DNA of 27,868 nucleotides from positions 1 to 27,868 of the forward strand of contig JBIKLL010000029.1 of the NCBI GenBank assembly GCA_044359815.1, read 5' to 3'. The position numbers were made by a program, and so were the translations under genes. Source of the DNA: Pseudobdellovibrionaceae bacterium (GTDB lineage: Bacteria > Bdellovibrionota > Bdellovibrionia > Bdellovibrionales > Bdellovibrionaceae). The notes below the pieces were generated by a model, which worked only from the letters and a program-made list of their open reading frames with translations, did not search any database and had not been told where the DNA came from. Below, in pieces: positions 26,808 to 27,868 of the stretch (position 1 is its first letter; the number at the start of each line of letters is the position of its first letter).

Positions 26808-27114
26808 ATTTTCTCCTCTTTACTCTAAAAGCGTTAATCACTCCTAAAAAATCATCATGAATATAAATGACCAAAACCAAACGATAAGGTGATTTTTTAT
26901 GTGTGACGGGTTCGACCCTAAAATACTGATAACCATCAACCTCTTTGTCGACGGGTAGGGTCTCTTCGTTCAAAGTTTTAACTAATTCTATGATTGTGCG
27001 ATCAGTAACAGTTGATGAATGTTTTTTTTTGTAATGTTGATCGATAATTAACCGTTTGAGTTTTCGCTTATTAATTATGATTGTAAGTTGGTATTCATGA
27101 CGATCAGCCATCAT
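26794..27114 (-). CDS. Putative type II toxin (RelE/BrnT-like fold)
   Basis: Basic ~106-aa ORF directly upstream of the HTH gene; IDQH...YRLVL...GVINAFR. ATG 27114 or 27111 is preferred to TTG 27120. Confidence 0.6.
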   Translation of the reverse strand: MMADRHEYQLTIIINKRKLKRLIIDQHYKKKHSSTVTDRTIIELVKTLNEETLPVDKEVDGYQYFRVEPVTHKKSPYRLVLVIYIHDDFLGVINAFRVKRRKYEKK

Positions 27115-27119
27115 CTGCA

Positions 27120-27148
27120 AGATTAATTAAGTTTGACAAATATGTCAA
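27120..27148 (-). promoter_or_regulatory. Promoter and operator of the putative TA pair
   Basis: TTGACA(27148-43)-17-TAATCT(27125-20)-5-ATG. Palindrome TTGACA-AATA-TGTCAA (27133-48) covers the -35. Confidence 0.65.
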
Positions 27149-27155
27149 GCTTTTT

Positions 27156-27261
27156 GTCCCCAAGGGGATTGTTCAGTTCATCCATGAACTTCACCCCTCA
27201 CTTTGTTCGGGGTTCCCTTTGGTCACGCAAAAATAGCATCCTGCTATTTTTGCCGAACCCC
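27156..27261 (-). other. tRNA-Glu 3' fragment interrupted in the T-loop by an 83-bp structured insert
   Basis: 27156-27170 = tRNA 27419-27433 (15/15) and 27254-27261 = tRNA 27434-27441 (8/8), with three hairpins between them. Confidence 0.8.
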
Positions 27262-27292
27262 AAGCTTCTGAATCCGCTTCACCTTTTGAAAG

Positions 27293-27418
27293 GCCAATAG
27301 TTCTAATCAGCCCAAAGACGCGAAAGCTAGGAGCTCACGACTGAGGAATGCAAATAGTATTTCGCAGGGAGGGGGCGACGACGCTGACAATGTATTTGGG
27401 CTGATTAAAACTATTGGC
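27293..27418. repeat. Inverted repeat with 24-bp arms and a purine-rich core, overlapping the tRNA-Glu CCA
   Basis: 27293-27316 vs reverse complement of 27395-27418: 23/24. Confidence 0.88.
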
Positions 27419-27490
27419 GTCCCCAAGGGGATTCGAACCCCTGCATCCTCCGTGAAAGGGAGGTGTCCTAGGCCTCTAGACGATGGGGAC
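27415..27490 (-). tRNA. tRNA-Glu (TTC)
   Basis: GTCCCCA acceptor stem, anticodon arm CCTCC-CTTTCAC-GGAGG, GGTTCGAATCC, encoded CCA; 76 nt. Confidence 0.98.
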
Positions 27491-27586
27491 CTTGGGACTT
27501 TTCTTTTGAAAACTCAACTTTCGAAAACAAAAAATTTGGTTTCAGAAAATTTAACTTCTGAAAACTTATCTTTTGAAATTCAAAGT

Positions 27587-27662
27587 TGGTGGCTCGCGAT
27601 GGATTCGAACCATCGACCCCTTCATTAAAAGTGAAGTGCTCTACCAGCTGAGCTAGCGAACC
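27587..27662 (-). tRNA. tRNA-Lys (TTT)
   Basis: GGTTCGC/GCGAGCC acceptor stem, CTTCA-CTTTTAA-TGAAG, GGTTCGAATCC, encoded CCA; 76 nt. Confidence 0.98.
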
Positions 27663-27689
27663 ACTTTGTTTCAAAAAAACGAGCCCCTA

Positions 27690-27717
27690 AACTTAGATGT
27701 TTTTCATAAAGAGTCAA
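27690..27717 (-). promoter_or_regulatory. Promoter of the tRNA-Lys/tRNA-Glu operon
   Basis: TTGACT-16-TAAGTT followed by GC-rich AGGGGCTCG, resembling a stable-RNA promoter with a discriminator. Confidence 0.6.
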
Positions 27718-27868
27718 TCTGAAATTCAAAATTAAATTTAAAAAATATGCTTAAATTATTACTACTTAAAATTGCTTATTAAATTACTACTTCTGAAGGC
27801 TCAGATTTTTAATCAACTCAAAAGTCTAAAAGCCAAATTTAAGGCGACTTAGAGGCTTTGCCTATTTG

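Noticed and set aside
27156..27261. Intron-containing functional tRNA
   Set aside because: Only the T-arm and part of the acceptor 3' strand are present, with no D or anticodon arm and no CCA; the insert is too short for a group I/II intron.
23682..27418. Prophage or ICE
   Set aside because: No integrase, replication, structural or conjugation genes; only att-like relics.
27468..27674. 68-aa minus-strand ORF
   Set aside because: It overlaps tRNA-Lys and tRNA-Glu and is spurious.
27748..27792. Imperfect direct repeat TGCTTA..ATTACTACTT upstream of the tRNA promoter
   Set aside because: Only two short AT-rich copies; not enough to support a function.

Overview
AT-rich bacterial chromosome segment; gene style suggests a Bdellovibrionota-like organism (inference). 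From left to right: (1) a repeat-rich region at 1-695 with an 8-bp microsatellite, a ~157-bp tandem array that looks like decaying 45-codon mini-genes, and a 15-bp array; (2) a GGDEF diguanylate cyclase, M64 metallopeptidase, MFS transporter, DUF3095, DUF2914, an LA_2272-type repeat protein, a lipoprotein and a mono-heme cytochrome c/TPR-like protein; (3) divergent proBA and thrABC, then purU, PepSY, cytochrome b, dsbB-dsbA, zf-TFIIB, DUF3291-like and BI-1/YccA genes; (4) an accessory zone (~23.6-27.4 kb) with three XRE/antitoxin modules and orphan secreted proteins, ending at tRNA-Glu(TTC) and tRNA-Lys(TTT). The most unusual signals are non-coding. These are a ~405-bp rod-like palindrome carrying one bipartite motif twice in opposite polarity, three further long hairpin elements with unrelated arms that end at or next to gene ends, a tRNA-Glu 3' fragment split in its T-loop by a multi-hairpin insert with GGA loops, and a symmetric bidirectional, apparently leaderless promoter between two start codons 9 bp apart. 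No integrase, transposase, CRISPR array or cas gene was recognised. All family calls come from motif recognition by eye, not from database searches.
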